Positions 43,689 through 55,797 of a stretch of 64,000 nucleotides of DNA are shown piece by piece. Both the position numbers and the translations under genes were made by a program. The first letter of the stretch is position 1. Each line of letters begins with the position of its first letter. This stretch comes from Elusimicrobiota bacterium (GTDB taxonomy: Bacteria; Elusimicrobiota; Elusimicrobia; UBA1565; UBA9628). The notes under the pieces were generated by a model that worked only from the letters and a program-made list of their open reading frames with translations, did not search any database and was not told the origin of the DNA. The stretch spans positions 42,317-106,316 of the forward strand of contig JAUYSH010000120.1 in assembly GCA_030696455.1 (NCBI GenBank). The letters run 5' to 3'.

Positions 43689-46600
43689 TCAGTCGCCGGA
43701 CCAGGGGTTGAAGCGGCCGCCGATGACCGGGGCCTCGTCGCACAGCTTCTTGAACAGTTCGAGCTGGGCCTTCGTGGCGCCGCGGGACTTCAGGCTCTCG
43801 AGCGTGTTGTAGTAGGCCATGTTGTACTCGGTGTGAGACCAGATCCCGCCCTTGGAGGAGGCCACTGACCTCGCGGCCGCGGAGATATCATCGTTGGTGA
43901 GCTTGGTCTTCTTGCCGCGCAGCGTGCCGGCGAGCAGGCCCAGGCCGAGGACCCCGCCCATGCCCCGGAAGAATTCCTCGATGGACGGGATCGGGCCCTG
44001 CCAGCCCTCGGGGACGGTCGGCACCGCGACGGGGGCATTGGTCGCCGCCCAGAAGATGGCTGCGTAGATCGCCGCGACGAGGGAGGCGGCGCCGAGCCAG
44101 AGCAGGAAGAGCTTGAGCGCCGATTCCTTCGGCGCGGCGGGCGGGCCGCGGCGGATCTCGCCGGTGCGCGCGTTCATCCTGAAGAGCTCGTCGCGGGAGT
44201 CCTGATAGGAGTACCATAGATCCCTTTCCCTGTCGCCGTTGGGCCGCTGGACGCGCGGCAGGAGGCTGACCCGAGTGACGCCGTCGACGCCCTTGAGCCC
44301 CGCGTCCGGCCCCAGCTTCACGCTCAGGTCGAAGTACGCGGCACCCATGCCTTCGGCGAGCCGCTCGGCCGAGACCATGCCCTTGAGCTCCGGCTCGAAG
44401 GCGTCCATCATCGTCTCGGAGACCGTCGTGCGGCGCGCGGGAACCATGTACTCGACGCCGCCGCTCTCCCCGCCCCAGCCGAAATGGAACCGCCACTCGT
44501 CGCCGACCGCGGCGCCGTTGAAGAAACGGGTCTCGTGCACGCCGGACAGGAAGGTGATCCGGTTGACCGGAACGCCGGCCGAAGCCGCCTTGGCCGTGAT
44601 CTTCTCCAACGCCAGCGCGTAAAGCTCGTTGGGCGCGACGGCATGGGTCAGGCCGGCCGCCTTCGCCGCGGCCCGCGAGGCCTTGTCGGACAGCTTATCG
44701 ACGCGAACGAAGGCGCCGGAGGCGCCGACCGTGCCCACGCTGCCGGCATCGTCGTAGAAGCGGTAGGAGAACTGGGAGCCGTTGCCGTCCAACGCGGGGC
44801 GCGCGGCGAGCGAGACGGACACGCCCGAGCCGAAGCCGGGGACCTCGTTCTTGAGGAGGAGCAGCGCGGCTTCAGGGGTGAGAGCGACGAAGGACTTGAA
44901 GCCCTCCGCCGAGATCGGATGGGACTTCCGCGTCGGGGCCGCGCCCGTAAAGACGCTCGTCTTGAAGTCCTGGCCGTTGCCGAGGAAGGTCGAGAAGTCC
45001 ACGTAGATGAGGGCGTTGGGGACGGAGAACTTGTAGTGCCACTGGGCGCCGTCTCGTATCGGCATCGAGGCGGTCGCCTCGACGAACTCCACCTGGTCGG
45101 CCGGCACGCCGCGCTTGGCCGCGGCCTCGCGGGCCTGCTTGAGCGCCGTCGCGTAAGACTCGTTCGGGTCGGAGAGGACCGACGGGCGCCAGGCGCTCAT
45201 CATCCCGGCCATGCCGAGCGCGGTCGCGCCGAGGAAGAAGCCGGCGTCTTCGCCGAAGGGCGAGAGCTGCCAGTTGCGCACGGCCTCCTCGCCCATGCGG
45301 ACGATGTCGCCGAGCGCGGAGGCGAGGGCGTACCAGCCCAGGGCGCCGAGGCCGATGATCGTGCCGATCATGCCGAGCTGGATCGCCGTGCCGACCTTGT
45401 CGCCGCCCTTGGACGCCGGAGCGGCGGGCTTGGAGGCGACGGACTCGAGTACCTTCTGCGCGACCTCCGGGCCGTGGCCCGCGAGGTTCCAGCCGTTGGG
45501 GATGCGCGGATCCATCTTGCGGCCGACGCCGATCGCGAGCGCGCCGGGCAGGCCCTTGGCCATGTTGCGATCGGTCTCGTTGCCGGTCTCGCCGATCGGC
45601 AGGCCGCTGAGCTTGAGGCCCAGGCGCGTCAGCCAGGAGTCCTTCTTCGCGGCGCGCGGCACGTACATCATGTCGCCGATGACGAGGGCCTGGGAGGCGG
45701 AGAGGCCGAGCTTCGAAGCGATCTTCGCGGTGGCCGGGGACTTCGTGATGATCGAGAACGTGGCGTAGCCGGGGTTCTTGAGGTCCTTCGGAAGGCGGCC
45801 GGAGACCTCGACCTCGATGCCGCGCTTGGCGAGTTCCTCGCCCATGATGCCGGCGACCTGCTTCATCTGCGCCGGGGTGGCGCCGACCTTGATCATCAGG
45901 GCGTAGCCGTAGGTGTTGTAGGACTCCTTGGGGTTGAGCGAGTCGCCGGGGTGCTGCTCGACGCCGGCCTCGGAGAGCCGCGCGATCGTCGCGGCGGAGG
46001 CTTCCTTGACGGCCTCGAGCTTCTCGGCCGCGAGCGCCTCGGCCTCCCAGACCTTCACGGGAGCTCCGTTTTGATATTGGTAAAGCCGGCCGCCGCTGTT
46101 GGCGGCGACGTACATGCCCTCGGTCACGTCGGCCGGCAGGCTCGCCATCGACTCGAAGACCGTGAGCTGGGTGGAGCCCGCGCGCTTCTCGTCGCCGCGG
46201 TCGCTGACGACGGCGAAGTGCTTGCCGGCCTTGCGGATGGCGCGGATGGCGTCGATCTTCTCCTGGGACAGGACTGCGTTGTAGCCGGCGAGGGTGTCGT
46301 CGAAGTCGGAGACCACGAGCTGCTTGTCGGCGGCGGAGGCGATGATCTTGGCGGAGAGGGCGGTCCCGGCCTGCGGCAGGGAGAACACGGCGCCGGTCAC
46401 GGCCGCGATGGTCTTCAGGGCGAGGCGGTGGAAGCTATAAGAGGAAGAGGACTCGACCGTCTTGGGCGCGTCGGCCTTCGGAGCCGCGGCGGGGACGACC
46501 GACGGCTTGGGCGCCTCGGGCGCGGAGGGCGCCGGCAGAGCCGGAGCCAGAGCGGACGGCGCGGCGGCGACGGCGTCTGAGAGCTCCGAGCGCCGCGAGG

Positions 46601-47027
46601 TCGCGACGCCGGTCAGGACGCTCTCGAGGTCTCGGCCCGCGGTCGCGGCGGCGGAGCCGCCGGTCTCGGACTTCGCCATCGCCTGCAGGGCGGGCGCGGC
46701 GGCAAGGATCTTCCCGGCGATCGCGGCGGTGGGAGCCGCGGGCTTGAGCGCGGCGGGCGCGGCGGCGACGGGAGCGCCGAGCCGCGGCGACGCGGACAGC
46801 AGGGAGGGCGCCGACAGAGAGGGAGCCGTCAGGGACATCGCGGGCGCGGCCAAGGACGGCGGCGGCGCGTTCAGGGAGCCGAGGCCGACCTGCGGGGCGG
46901 CGGACACGGGAGTCGCGCGGCCGATGACGGCTTGCGCGAAGGCCTGCTGCGCGTCGATCCCCACGGAGAGGACGACGAGCGCGGCGGAGAGTGCGATCGA
47001 GACGAGGCGTTTGAGGCGTCGGGCCAT
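43689..47027 (-). CDS. Large modular membrane protein with HAD-like domain and internal repeats
   Basis: Signal peptide; Ala/Pro/Ser linker; VVSDFDDTL, VVSDR, K, IGD..D HAD motifs; two TM regions; duplicated domain. Confidence 0.75.
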   Translation of the reverse strand: MARRLKRLVSIALSAALVVLSVGIDAQQAFAQAVIGRATPVSAAPQVGLGSLNAPPPSLAAPAMSLTAPSLSAPSLLSASPRLGAPVAAAPAALKPAAPTAAIAGKILAAAPALQAMAKSETGGSAAATAGRDLESVLTGVATSRRSELSDAVAAAPSALAPALPAPSAPEAPKPSVVPAAAPKADAPKTVESSSSYSFHRLALKTIAAVTGAVFSLPQAGTALSAKIIASAADKQLVVSDFDDTLAGYNAVLSQEKIDAIRAIRKAGKHFAVVSDRGDEKRAGSTQLTVFESMASLPADVTEGMYVAANSGGRLYQYQNGAPVKVWEAEALAAEKLEAVKEASAATIARLSEAGVEQHPGDSLNPKESYNTYGYALMIKVGATPAQMKQVAGIMGEELAKRGIEVEVSGRLPKDLKNPGYATFSIITKSPATAKIASKLGLSASQALVIGDMMYVPRAAKKDSWLTRLGLKLSGLPIGETGNETDRNMAKGLPGALAIGVGRKMDPRIPNGWNLAGHGPEVAQKVLESVASKPAAPASKGGDKVGTAIQLGMIGTIIGLGALGWYALASALGDIVRMGEEAVRNWQLSPFGEDAGFFLGATALGMAGMMSAWRPSVLSDPNESYATALKQAREAAAKRGVPADQVEFVEATASMPIRDGAQWHYKFSVPNALIYVDFSTFLGNGQDFKTSVFTGAAPTRKSHPISAEGFKSFVALTPEAALLLLKNEVPGFGSGVSVSLAARPALDGNGSQFSYRFYDDAGSVGTVGASGAFVRVDKLSDKASRAAAKAAGLTHAVAPNELYALALEKITAKAASAGVPVNRITFLSGVHETRFFNGAAVGDEWRFHFGWGGESGGVEYMVPARRTTVSETMMDAFEPELKGMVSAERLAEGMGAAYFDLSVKLGPDAGLKGVDGVTRVSLLPRVQRPNGDRERDLWYSYQDSRDELFRMNARTGEIRRGPPAAPKESALKLFLLWLGAASLVAAIYAAIFWAATNAPVAVPTVPEGWQGPIPSIEEFFRGMGGVLGLGLLAGTLRGKKTKLTNDDISAAARSVASSKGGIWSHTEYNMAYYNTLESLKSRGATKAQLELFKKLCDEAPVIGGRFNPWSGD

Positions 47028-47131
47028 GCGAGGTTCTCTCCCTACTGCTGGTCTAACGTCTGCTTCTATTGTAGCCGCTCGCGCCGCCGCCGCCCTGGGC
47101 CGTACGGGGAAGCGCGCCCAGGCATTCGGTC

Positions 47132-47232
47132 TAGGCCTAAGGTTCTACGTGCGCGATGACAAAAGTGATAGATAGGCCTTTGGGCCCACCAGGACCTGGG
47201 CCTCATGGCCCAAGCGCGGGCCTAAGGTCCCG
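47132..47232. repeat. Four 16-bp imperfect palindromes YRGGCC-N4-GKYCYR in a divergent intergenic region
   Basis: TAGGCCTAAGGTTCTA 47132, TAGGCCTTTGGGCCCA 47173, TGGGCCTCATGGCCCA 47197, CGGGCCTAAGGTCCCG 47217. Confidence 0.75.
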
Positions 47233-47247
47233 GCTCATAATAGGCCC

Positions 47248-48486
47248 ATGAGCCCCCTCCCCCTCGCCGCCGCCGTGATGCTCTCTCTGATCGCCTCCAA
47301 CGCCCGGGCGCAGTTCTGCCCGCTCGACGCCGGCGATACGATTCAAAAGATCGTGGCCTGCAAGCCGGAGGTGAGCACGGCCGATTGCCGCGCGCTCGCG
47401 CAAAGCGTGGGCTGCTCGGTCGTGCGCGAGCTCCCGTCCATCAACGCGATCGTCATCGAGCTCCCCGCCTTCAAGGCGGACGGCGCCCAGGCCAAGCTCC
47501 TCGCCACCACGCAGGTGGATTTGGTCGAGACCGATAAGACCGTCAACTGGCTCAAGGGCGTGACCGTCGCCCCGCCCGCCGCCGCCGCCCACTTCGAGTT
47601 CGGAGACATCGCCCGCGGCATACTCAAGGGGATCAACAGCCTCAAGCCCGTCGCCGTCGCCGACCCCGAGCAGCCCTGGGGCATCCGCCGCGTCAACGCC
47701 GAGGCGTCCTGGACCTCCCCCCGCGGCCAGGGCCAGAGCGCGGCCGTCGCGATCATCGACACCGGCATCTCGCGGTCGCACCCCGACCTGGCGGGCCTCG
47801 TCCTGGGCGGCTTCAACGCGCTCGATCCGAAGAAGCCCGACGCGTGGGACGACGACCAGGGCCACGGCTCGCACGTCGCCGGCACCGTGGCGGGCAAGCG
47901 CGACGGCAAGGGCGTCGTCGGCGTGGCCCCGATGGCCCGCCTTTACGCGGTCAAGGTCCTCGACGCGGACGGCAACGGCGGCTACTCGAGCGTCATCGCC
48001 GGCATCGAGTGGGCCGTCAAGCGCGGCATCAAGGTCGCCAACATGAGCCTCGGCGCCGACGAGGGCAGCGAGGCGCTGCGCCGCGCCGTCTCGGCCGCGA
48101 GCAAGGCGGGCCTGACCATCGTCGCCGCCTCCGGCAACGGAGGCGCCGCCGTCGGCTACCCGGCGAGCTACCCCGAGGTCCTCGCCGTCGGCGCCTCCGA
48201 CATCAAGGACGGCGTCGCCGAGTTCTCGAGCCGCGGGCCCGAGGTCGATTTCATCGCCCCCGGAGTCAACGTGAAGTCGGTCCGCATGGAAGGCGGCTGG
48301 GAGGAGCTCTCCGGCACCTCGATGGCGACCCCGCACGTCGCGGGCCTCGCGGCCCTGGCGGTCGCCCGCGGGGCGTCGTCTCCGGCGGCGGTGCGCGCGA
48401 TGCTCAAGCGCGCCGCGACGCCGCTTCCCGGCCTGAGCGCCGCCGTGCAGGGCGCGGGCATGATCGACGCCGGCAAGCTGCAGTAA
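47248..48486 (+). CDS. Subtilisin-like serine protease (S8)
   Basis: Signal peptide and prodomain; IIDTG, HGSHVAG, SGN, SGTSMATPHVAG. Confidence 0.97.
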   Translation: MSPLPLAAAVMLSLIASNARAQFCPLDAGDTIQKIVACKPEVSTADCRALAQSVGCSVVRELPSINAIVIELPAFKADGAQAKLLATTQVDLVETDKTVNWLKGVTVAPPAAAAHFEFGDIARGILKGINSLKPVAVADPEQPWGIRRVNAEASWTSPRGQGQSAAVAIIDTGISRSHPDLAGLVLGGFNALDPKKPDAWDDDQGHGSHVAGTVAGKRDGKGVVGVAPMARLYAVKVLDADGNGGYSSVIAGIEWAVKRGIKVANMSLGADEGSEALRRAVSAASKAGLTIVAASGNGGAAVGYPASYPEVLAVGASDIKDGVAEFSSRGPEVDFIAPGVNVKSVRMEGGWEELSGTSMATPHVAGLAALAVARGASSPAAVRAMLKRAATPLPGLSAAVQGAGMIDAGKLQ

Positions 48487-48499
48487 GACGGCCGAATTC

Positions 48500-48557
48500 G
48501 ACGGGCGCCGGTCCGCGGGGCTTTACCCCGAATTCCCGCGGGCAACCGGCGCCCGTC
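48500..48557. terminator. Hairpin between convergent genes
   Basis: GACGGGCGCCGGT / ACCGGCGCCCGTC 13-bp arms plus inner CCGCGGG / CCCGCGG. Confidence 0.65.
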
Positions 48558-48559
48558 CT

Positions 48560-49660
48560 CTATTTATCGGGAGCGGTGTAGATGACCTCGGAGCCCGGCA
48601 GAAGGTCGCCCTTGCCGAAGCCCGCGGTGCGCAGGTCGTAGAAGTCGCGGTAGGCCCGGAAGCGCGTGCCGCCCGCGGCGGGCACCTCGAGGAGGATGAA
48701 GTCCCCCTCGGCGTCCTTGCGCAGGCCGAAGAAGCGGCCCGTCACCGTCTTGCCGCCATGAAGCACGACCTCGACCGGAGCGCCGTCGGGAAGCTTGTCC
48801 CGGACATCCGAGATCGAGGAGATCTTGCCCCGCGACGCGTAATGCTCGGTGCGCAGCGCGACCTTATCCACCCGGTGATACTCCCGGGAGAGGTGGACCT
48901 CTCCTTTGGGTCCCTCCAGGAGGATCTCATTGCCGTCGGCCTTCACGATCCGCCCGGAGACGGTCTGCGCCGACCACTTCAGATCGTCGAGGTCGCGCGT
49001 GTCGATGTCGACGAAGCGGCCGTGATGGCGGGCGAGGTCCCGGAACGGATCGGCCACGGGCGCGCGGCTGTGCACGACGACCTCGTCCGGACGCAGGCTG
49101 GCTCCGTCGAACAGGACGTCCACCGTGCGGCGGACCTCGGCGATGCCGCCCGCGGCCATGTCGAGGCCGACGAGCTTGTCTCCCGTCTGGAAGATCATCT
49201 TCCCGCCGGCCAGGCCCCGGAACGCGCCGTCGACTCGCTCGCCGTTGGCGAGCGTGACTGAGAGGCGCGGATCGGCGGGATTGTCGCCGAGCGCGGAGTT
49301 GAGCACGGCCTTCGTGCCCTCGTCCTTGGCGCCCGAGACGAGCCTGCTCCACTCCGCGGACGTGTAGCCGGCCCCCGCGGCGGGGAGCAGCTTCGGGTCC
49401 ACCGGGGAGATCAAAGACGGGGCCAGCACGGGGACGGGGGCTCCCGGGGCCGGCGCGGCGGCGGGCGCGGCCAGCGAAGTGCCCTGAAGCCCGGGCGCCA
49501 GCGACGGGCTCAGCGCGGGAACGGCAAGGCCCCCGGGCACCGCGCTGACCGCGGCGCCGGCGGCCGAGGAGCCCTTGGCCGCGGAGGCGGCCTCGCCGAC
49601 GACCTGCGCGGGAGCCGGGACGGCCAACAGGCACGCGAAAAGCGCCGGGAGGGGTCTCAC
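48560..49660 (-). CDS. Exported hypothetical protein with three Sm/SH3-like beta modules
   Basis: Signal peptide; Ala/Pro linker; repeated V.L..G..V.G.F.G...I.LE pattern. Confidence 0.7.
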   Translation of the reverse strand: MRPLPALFACLLAVPAPAQVVGEAASAAKGSSAAGAAVSAVPGGLAVPALSPSLAPGLQGTSLAAPAAAPAPGAPVPVLAPSLISPVDPKLLPAAGAGYTSAEWSRLVSGAKDEGTKAVLNSALGDNPADPRLSVTLANGERVDGAFRGLAGGKMIFQTGDKLVGLDMAAGGIAEVRRTVDVLFDGASLRPDEVVVHSRAPVADPFRDLARHHGRFVDIDTRDLDDLKWSAQTVSGRIVKADGNEILLEGPKGEVHLSREYHRVDKVALRTEHYASRGKISSISDVRDKLPDGAPVEVVLHGGKTVTGRFFGLRKDAEGDFILLEVPAAGGTRFRAYRDFYDLRTAGFGKGDLLPGSEVIYTAPDK

Positions 49661-49666
49661 GGGAGG

Positions 49667-49695
49667 AGTGTAAGCCCGGCTTTCGGCCCCGTCAA
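49667..49695 (-). promoter_or_regulatory. Sigma70 promoter, apparently leaderless transcript
   Basis: TTGACG (49695-49690)-17-TACACT (49672-49667), 6 nt before GTG 49660. Confidence 0.7.
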
Positions 49696-49742
49696 GGGGG
49701 GCCAGGATTATCTCAAGATAATCGAACGCCTCAGCGCCCCCT

Positions 49743-52112
<2,370 letters not shown>

Positions 52113-52226
52113 AGGCAATTCATTCCCGTGCGCCGGCAAGCCCAACGCTCTGTCGATTGTAGTCAATCGGGGGCGCCGGACGCCAAGACCCGCGGGATCG
52201 ACGCTCGAAAAAGCTACGCTGTGGAC

Positions 52227-53282
52227 ATGCCCAATATCCTGTCGGCGGCGACGGCCGTGCCGGCGCACCGCTACGATCAGGAGGCGGTACGCCAAGCCTG
52301 CCGGACGGCGTTCGGACCGCTGCTCGAGTCTCCGGGGCGTGAAGCCATCTTCGACCACGCGGGAGTGCGCTCCCGCGCCCTCGTCGAGCCGATCGAACGC
52401 TACCTTTCTCCGCGCCCGTTCGAGGAAAAAAACGCCGCCTACTTCACGCACGCGCGCGAGCTCTCCGAGAGGGCCCTGCGCTCCGCGCTCGAAAAGTCGG
52501 GGCTTGATTTCCCCGACATCGGCCACATCATCTCGGTGACGACGACCGGGCTGCTCACGCCGAGCCTCGAGGCCCACCTGGCCCAAGCCCTCCCCTTTCC
52601 GCGCGGGGTCAAGCGGACCCCCCTCTTCGGCTCCGGCTGCGCCGGGGGCGCCGTCGCGCTCGCGCGCGCGGCCGACTTCCTGCTGGGAAGGCCCGAGGAA
52701 GCCGTCCTCGTGCTCTCCGTCGAGCTGTGCAGCCTGACCTTCATGCCGCAGGAGCAGGAGACGACGCAGATCGTGGCCGCCGCGCTGTTCGGCGACGGCG
52801 CGTCCGCGGTGGTCCTGGCCGGAGACCGCCACCGGAGCCGAAGCCGCGCTGAGATCGTCGACTCGGCCAGCGAGCTCCTTCCGGACTCGCTCGACGTCAT
52901 GGGCTGGGACTTCACCGATCAAGGCATGCGCCTGGTCCTCTCTCCGAGGGCGGTGACGCTCGTCGAGGACGGCTTCGCCGCGGCGGTGGAGCCCTTCCTC
53001 GCGCGCCATGGCCTGAAGACGGGAGACATCGAGCACTTCCTGCTCCACCCCGGGAGCGCTAAAATCCTGGACGCATGCGAGCGGTCTCTCGGGATCGATG
53101 CGCGTAAGACTTGGCTGTCGCGTGAATTCCTGGCCGCGAACGGGAACCTCTCTTCCTCGTCGCTGCTTTTCATCCTGGAGGACGCCTTCGTAAAAGCCAG
53201 GCCTCGATCAGGCTCGCATGGACTCATGGCCGCGTTCGGCCCGGGGTTTTCCTGTGAACTCCTGCTTCTCCGGTTTTCCTAG
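52227..53282 (+). CDS. Type III polyketide synthase
   Basis: GSGCAGG (Cys), VELCSL, ALFGDGA, HPGS (His), GNLSS (Asn), AFGPGF. Start ATG 52227. Confidence 0.93.
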   Translation: MPNILSAATAVPAHRYDQEAVRQACRTAFGPLLESPGREAIFDHAGVRSRALVEPIERYLSPRPFEEKNAAYFTHARELSERALRSALEKSGLDFPDIGHIISVTTTGLLTPSLEAHLAQALPFPRGVKRTPLFGSGCAGGAVALARAADFLLGRPEEAVLVLSVELCSLTFMPQEQETTQIVAAALFGDGASAVVLAGDRHRSRSRAEIVDSASELLPDSLDVMGWDFTDQGMRLVLSPRAVTLVEDGFAAAVEPFLARHGLKTGDIEHFLLHPGSAKILDACERSLGIDARKTWLSREFLAANGNLSSSSLLFILEDAFVKARPRSGSHGLMAAFGPGFSCELLLLRFS

Positions 53283-53779
53283 CGCGGAACGCGGCCTTGC
53301 CATAAAGCCCTGAACGCCTCGGGCTTGAGCGCGGAGAGGTGATGGCGAAACTCGATCCTGCGGTCCCGGTCCAGGATGAAAAGGTTGTGCAGCGGGCACG
53401 TCTGGGGCGGATGAGTCAATCCGAGCTTGCGGCCCACGATGTCCTCCGGGTCCAGCAGGATCGGGAAGCCGCATTGAGCGGATACCTGGCGCGGCAGGGT
53501 TTCGTCGTCGCCGAGCAGGCTGACGGCGAGTATGCGGAAGCGGTCGTCCGCCTTCAGCCGCAGTTCCTCGAGCAGCGGCACTTTCGAGCGGCAGTCCTCG
53601 CAAAGATTCGTGAGCCAGACGACGGTTTTCTTGCCGGCGGGATTGTGCGACAACGAGCACGAGCGTCCGGCCTCGTCGTCGAGAGCGAAGTCGGGGAAAT
53701 AGCGTCCGACCTCCAGGCCTTTGTGCCACCAGGCGCGGAGGGGCCACATCAGCTTCCAGATTCCCCTCGTCAGGCTCAA
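53279..53779 (-). CDS. Redoxin/AhpC-TSA-like thioredoxin-fold protein
   Basis: FPDFALDD, CEDC, FPILLDP, FILDRD; start TTG 53779 (overlaps upstream stop) or ATG 53749. Confidence 0.8.
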   Translation of the reverse strand: MSLTRGIWKLMWPLRAWWHKGLEVGRYFPDFALDDEAGRSCSLSHNPAGKKTVVWLTNLCEDCRSKVPLLEELRLKADDRFRILAVSLLGDDETLPRQVSAQCGFPILLDPEDIVGRKLGLTHPPQTCPLHNLFILDRDRRIEFRHHLSALKPEAFRALWQGRVPR

Positions 53780-54969
53780 GGCGCCGCCTCTCGGAGAACG
53801 ACCCCGCGCCGGTCCGCCGCCTTGCGGTAAGCCTTGACCGTCCAATAGCTGCCCGTGCGAAGATTGTGGACGCGGATGCCCTGCTCGGCCGGCGCGAGCC
53901 CTTCCAGCCGGCGCCAGATCAGCTTCGCCTTGAGGTTCCGGTTCATGGAGACGATCAGCGTCCCGCCCGGCGCCAGCCGCGCCAGAGCGTGGGCGAAGAC
54001 CTTCTCGATCTCCGACAGCGGATAATAATAGAGCACCTCGTTGAGGACGAGCGCGTCGAACCCGCCGCCCTCGAACTTCTCGAACGGCTCGTGCGCGAAG
54101 CCGACGCCGGGCTCCGCGCCGTAGGCCGCCGCCGCCTTCTTGAGGGCCTCCTCGGAGAGATCGAGGCCGACGTACTCGGACGCGTGCCCGCGCAGGAGCG
54201 GATAGAGCGTGGCCAAGCCGCAGCCCGCGTCCAGGACGCGCCCGCCCTCGCGCGGAAGGCGGTCGGCCAATAAACCCGCGATCGCGTAGTGGCGCGGCCG
54301 CTGGTCCGTCGAGTCGAGGAAGTCCCAATGGCCGCAGGCGTAGGAGTCGTCCCACGACGAGCGCCGATTATCGGCGACCAGGTTGCGCAGCTGCCCAAGC
54401 TCGTGGCGCAGCGCGCTCCAGGGGTCGTCCCTATGGAGGAAAGCCAGGTCGCGCCAATCGGCGAAAGCGGCGGCGGCCCAGCCCAAGGCGCCTCCCGCCA
54501 GAAAATCGGCGAACGAGTGGCGCTCCGTCGCGGCCATCGCGACGATGGTCGCGGCCAGCAGCGCCAGCCCGGCGGCGACGGCCGCCTTCTGACCGCGGCG
54601 GGCGCAGAAGATCACGATCAAAGTCATGCCCGCGACCTGCAGGCACGGCGCGGCGTCGAGGCCCAACAGCTCCCACGGGGGCAGAAGAAGGACGAGCCCG
54701 GCCAAAAGCAGCGCCGCGAACGCCATGAGCAGGCGCCGCAAAGCGCCGGCCTCCAGCCGCGTCGCGCTCAACCCCAGCGGAACGAAGTAGACGACGCAGC
54801 CCAAGGCGTAGACGCCGTCCCAGAACGGCGCCGCGCTCACCCCGGAATGCCGGGAGTGCAGCGCCGCCTCGAGCGCGAGGAAGCCCGCCGTCAGGGCGGC
54901 GCCGGTCGCCCAGACTGGGCGCTCATAACGGAGAGGGAAGAACGCGGCCAATGGCGGGCGCGTGCTCAA
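53776..54969 (-). CDS. Membrane domain (PAP2-like remnant) fused to class I SAM methyltransferase
   Basis: About 6 TM ending in RHSFADFLAG; then VLDAGCGLA, GLDLS, LNEVLYY, LAPGG. Confidence 0.8.
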   Translation of the reverse strand: MSTRPPLAAFFPLRYERPVWATGAALTAGFLALEAALHSRHSGVSAAPFWDGVYALGCVVYFVPLGLSATRLEAGALRRLLMAFAALLLAGLVLLLPPWELLGLDAAPCLQVAGMTLIVIFCARRGQKAAVAAGLALLAATIVAMAATERHSFADFLAGGALGWAAAAFADWRDLAFLHRDDPWSALRHELGQLRNLVADNRRSSWDDSYACGHWDFLDSTDQRPRHYAIAGLLADRLPREGGRVLDAGCGLATLYPLLRGHASEYVGLDLSEEALKKAAAAYGAEPGVGFAHEPFEKFEGGGFDALVLNEVLYYYPLSEIEKVFAHALARLAPGGTLIVSMNRNLKAKLIWRRLEGLAPAEQGIRVHNLRTGSYWTVKAYRKAADRRGVVLREAAP

Positions 54970-55772
54970 GGCTTCGCCTCGGGCCGCTTGCGCGTCGACG
55001 ACTGGACGCGGCCGTCCCGTGCCTTCGGCTTGTTCCAGGAGGTATGCAAAGATTCATGGGCCTCGCGCATGTACCGCGCGTAGACTTCCTCGAAATCGTA
55101 CCGCGGGAGAACCCGAGGAGTCCTCTGGTATTCATACTGCCGATGCCAAGGGTCGGAAGGGGCCGCGCCGGCCTTCGGGAACTCCTTCGCCAGATAGGCG
55201 TAAACATCCCGCTGCACGAAGTCGAATTCTTCCTGGAGCTTCTCGATCTCGATATCGATGGCTTCGACCCGGCCGACGATCCCGCGCAGTCCGTTCTTGA
55301 GGACATCGAACCCCCCCGCCGTGTTCTGCACGTCTCCTTCGGCGCCGGCTTCATTCTGCAGGGCCTTTCGAAGCTTCCACCATGAGGCCTCCTGCTTCTG
55401 AATCTCGCCGGACGCGCTTTTCAATCTCTCAATTAGACGGCTCACGCGGGTCATGAGACGCCAGGCCGAAGCGCTCTCGCCGCCCGCGGAGGCGGCGCCG
55501 CCGCCCGCGATGCCCCGCCATTCTTCGTACATAGTCCGGGAATCCCGCTCGAGGTAGCTGAGCTCGCTTTGAAGAATCTGCGTCCGGCTCGACAGGTCGT
55601 TGATGACGCCGCGCGCGCTCAACAGTTCGCATCCCGGGAAACGAATCCCCTGAGTCTTCGCCTCGTCCATAACCCGCGGATCACCCAGCGCGGCGCTCGG
55701 CGCGGCCGCGGACGCGGCCGGTCCTGCGACGGCGAACGCCAACGCACCCATCAGTAAAATCCCTTCCCTCAT
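54966..55772 (-). CDS. Exported coiled-coil hypothetical protein
   Basis: Signal peptide MREGILLMGALAFAVAG; heptad-rich body; SD AAGGAGG. Confidence 0.65.
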   Translation of the reverse strand: MREGILLMGALAFAVAGPAASAAAPSAALGDPRVMDEAKTQGIRFPGCELLSARGVINDLSSRTQILQSELSYLERDSRTMYEEWRGIAGGGAASAGGESASAWRLMTRVSRLIERLKSASGEIQKQEASWWKLRKALQNEAGAEGDVQNTAGGFDVLKNGLRGIVGRVEAIDIEIEKLQEEFDFVQRDVYAYLAKEFPKAGAAPSDPWHRQYEYQRTPRVLPRYDFEEVYARYMREAHESLHTSWNKPKARDGRVQSSTRKRPEAKP

Positions 55773-55797
55773 CTTCCCCTCCTTGAAACGGCCGGCC

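Noticed and set aside
47132..47232. CRISPR array
   Set aside because: Units are 16 bp and degenerate, with 4-25 nt spacers; no cas genes are present.
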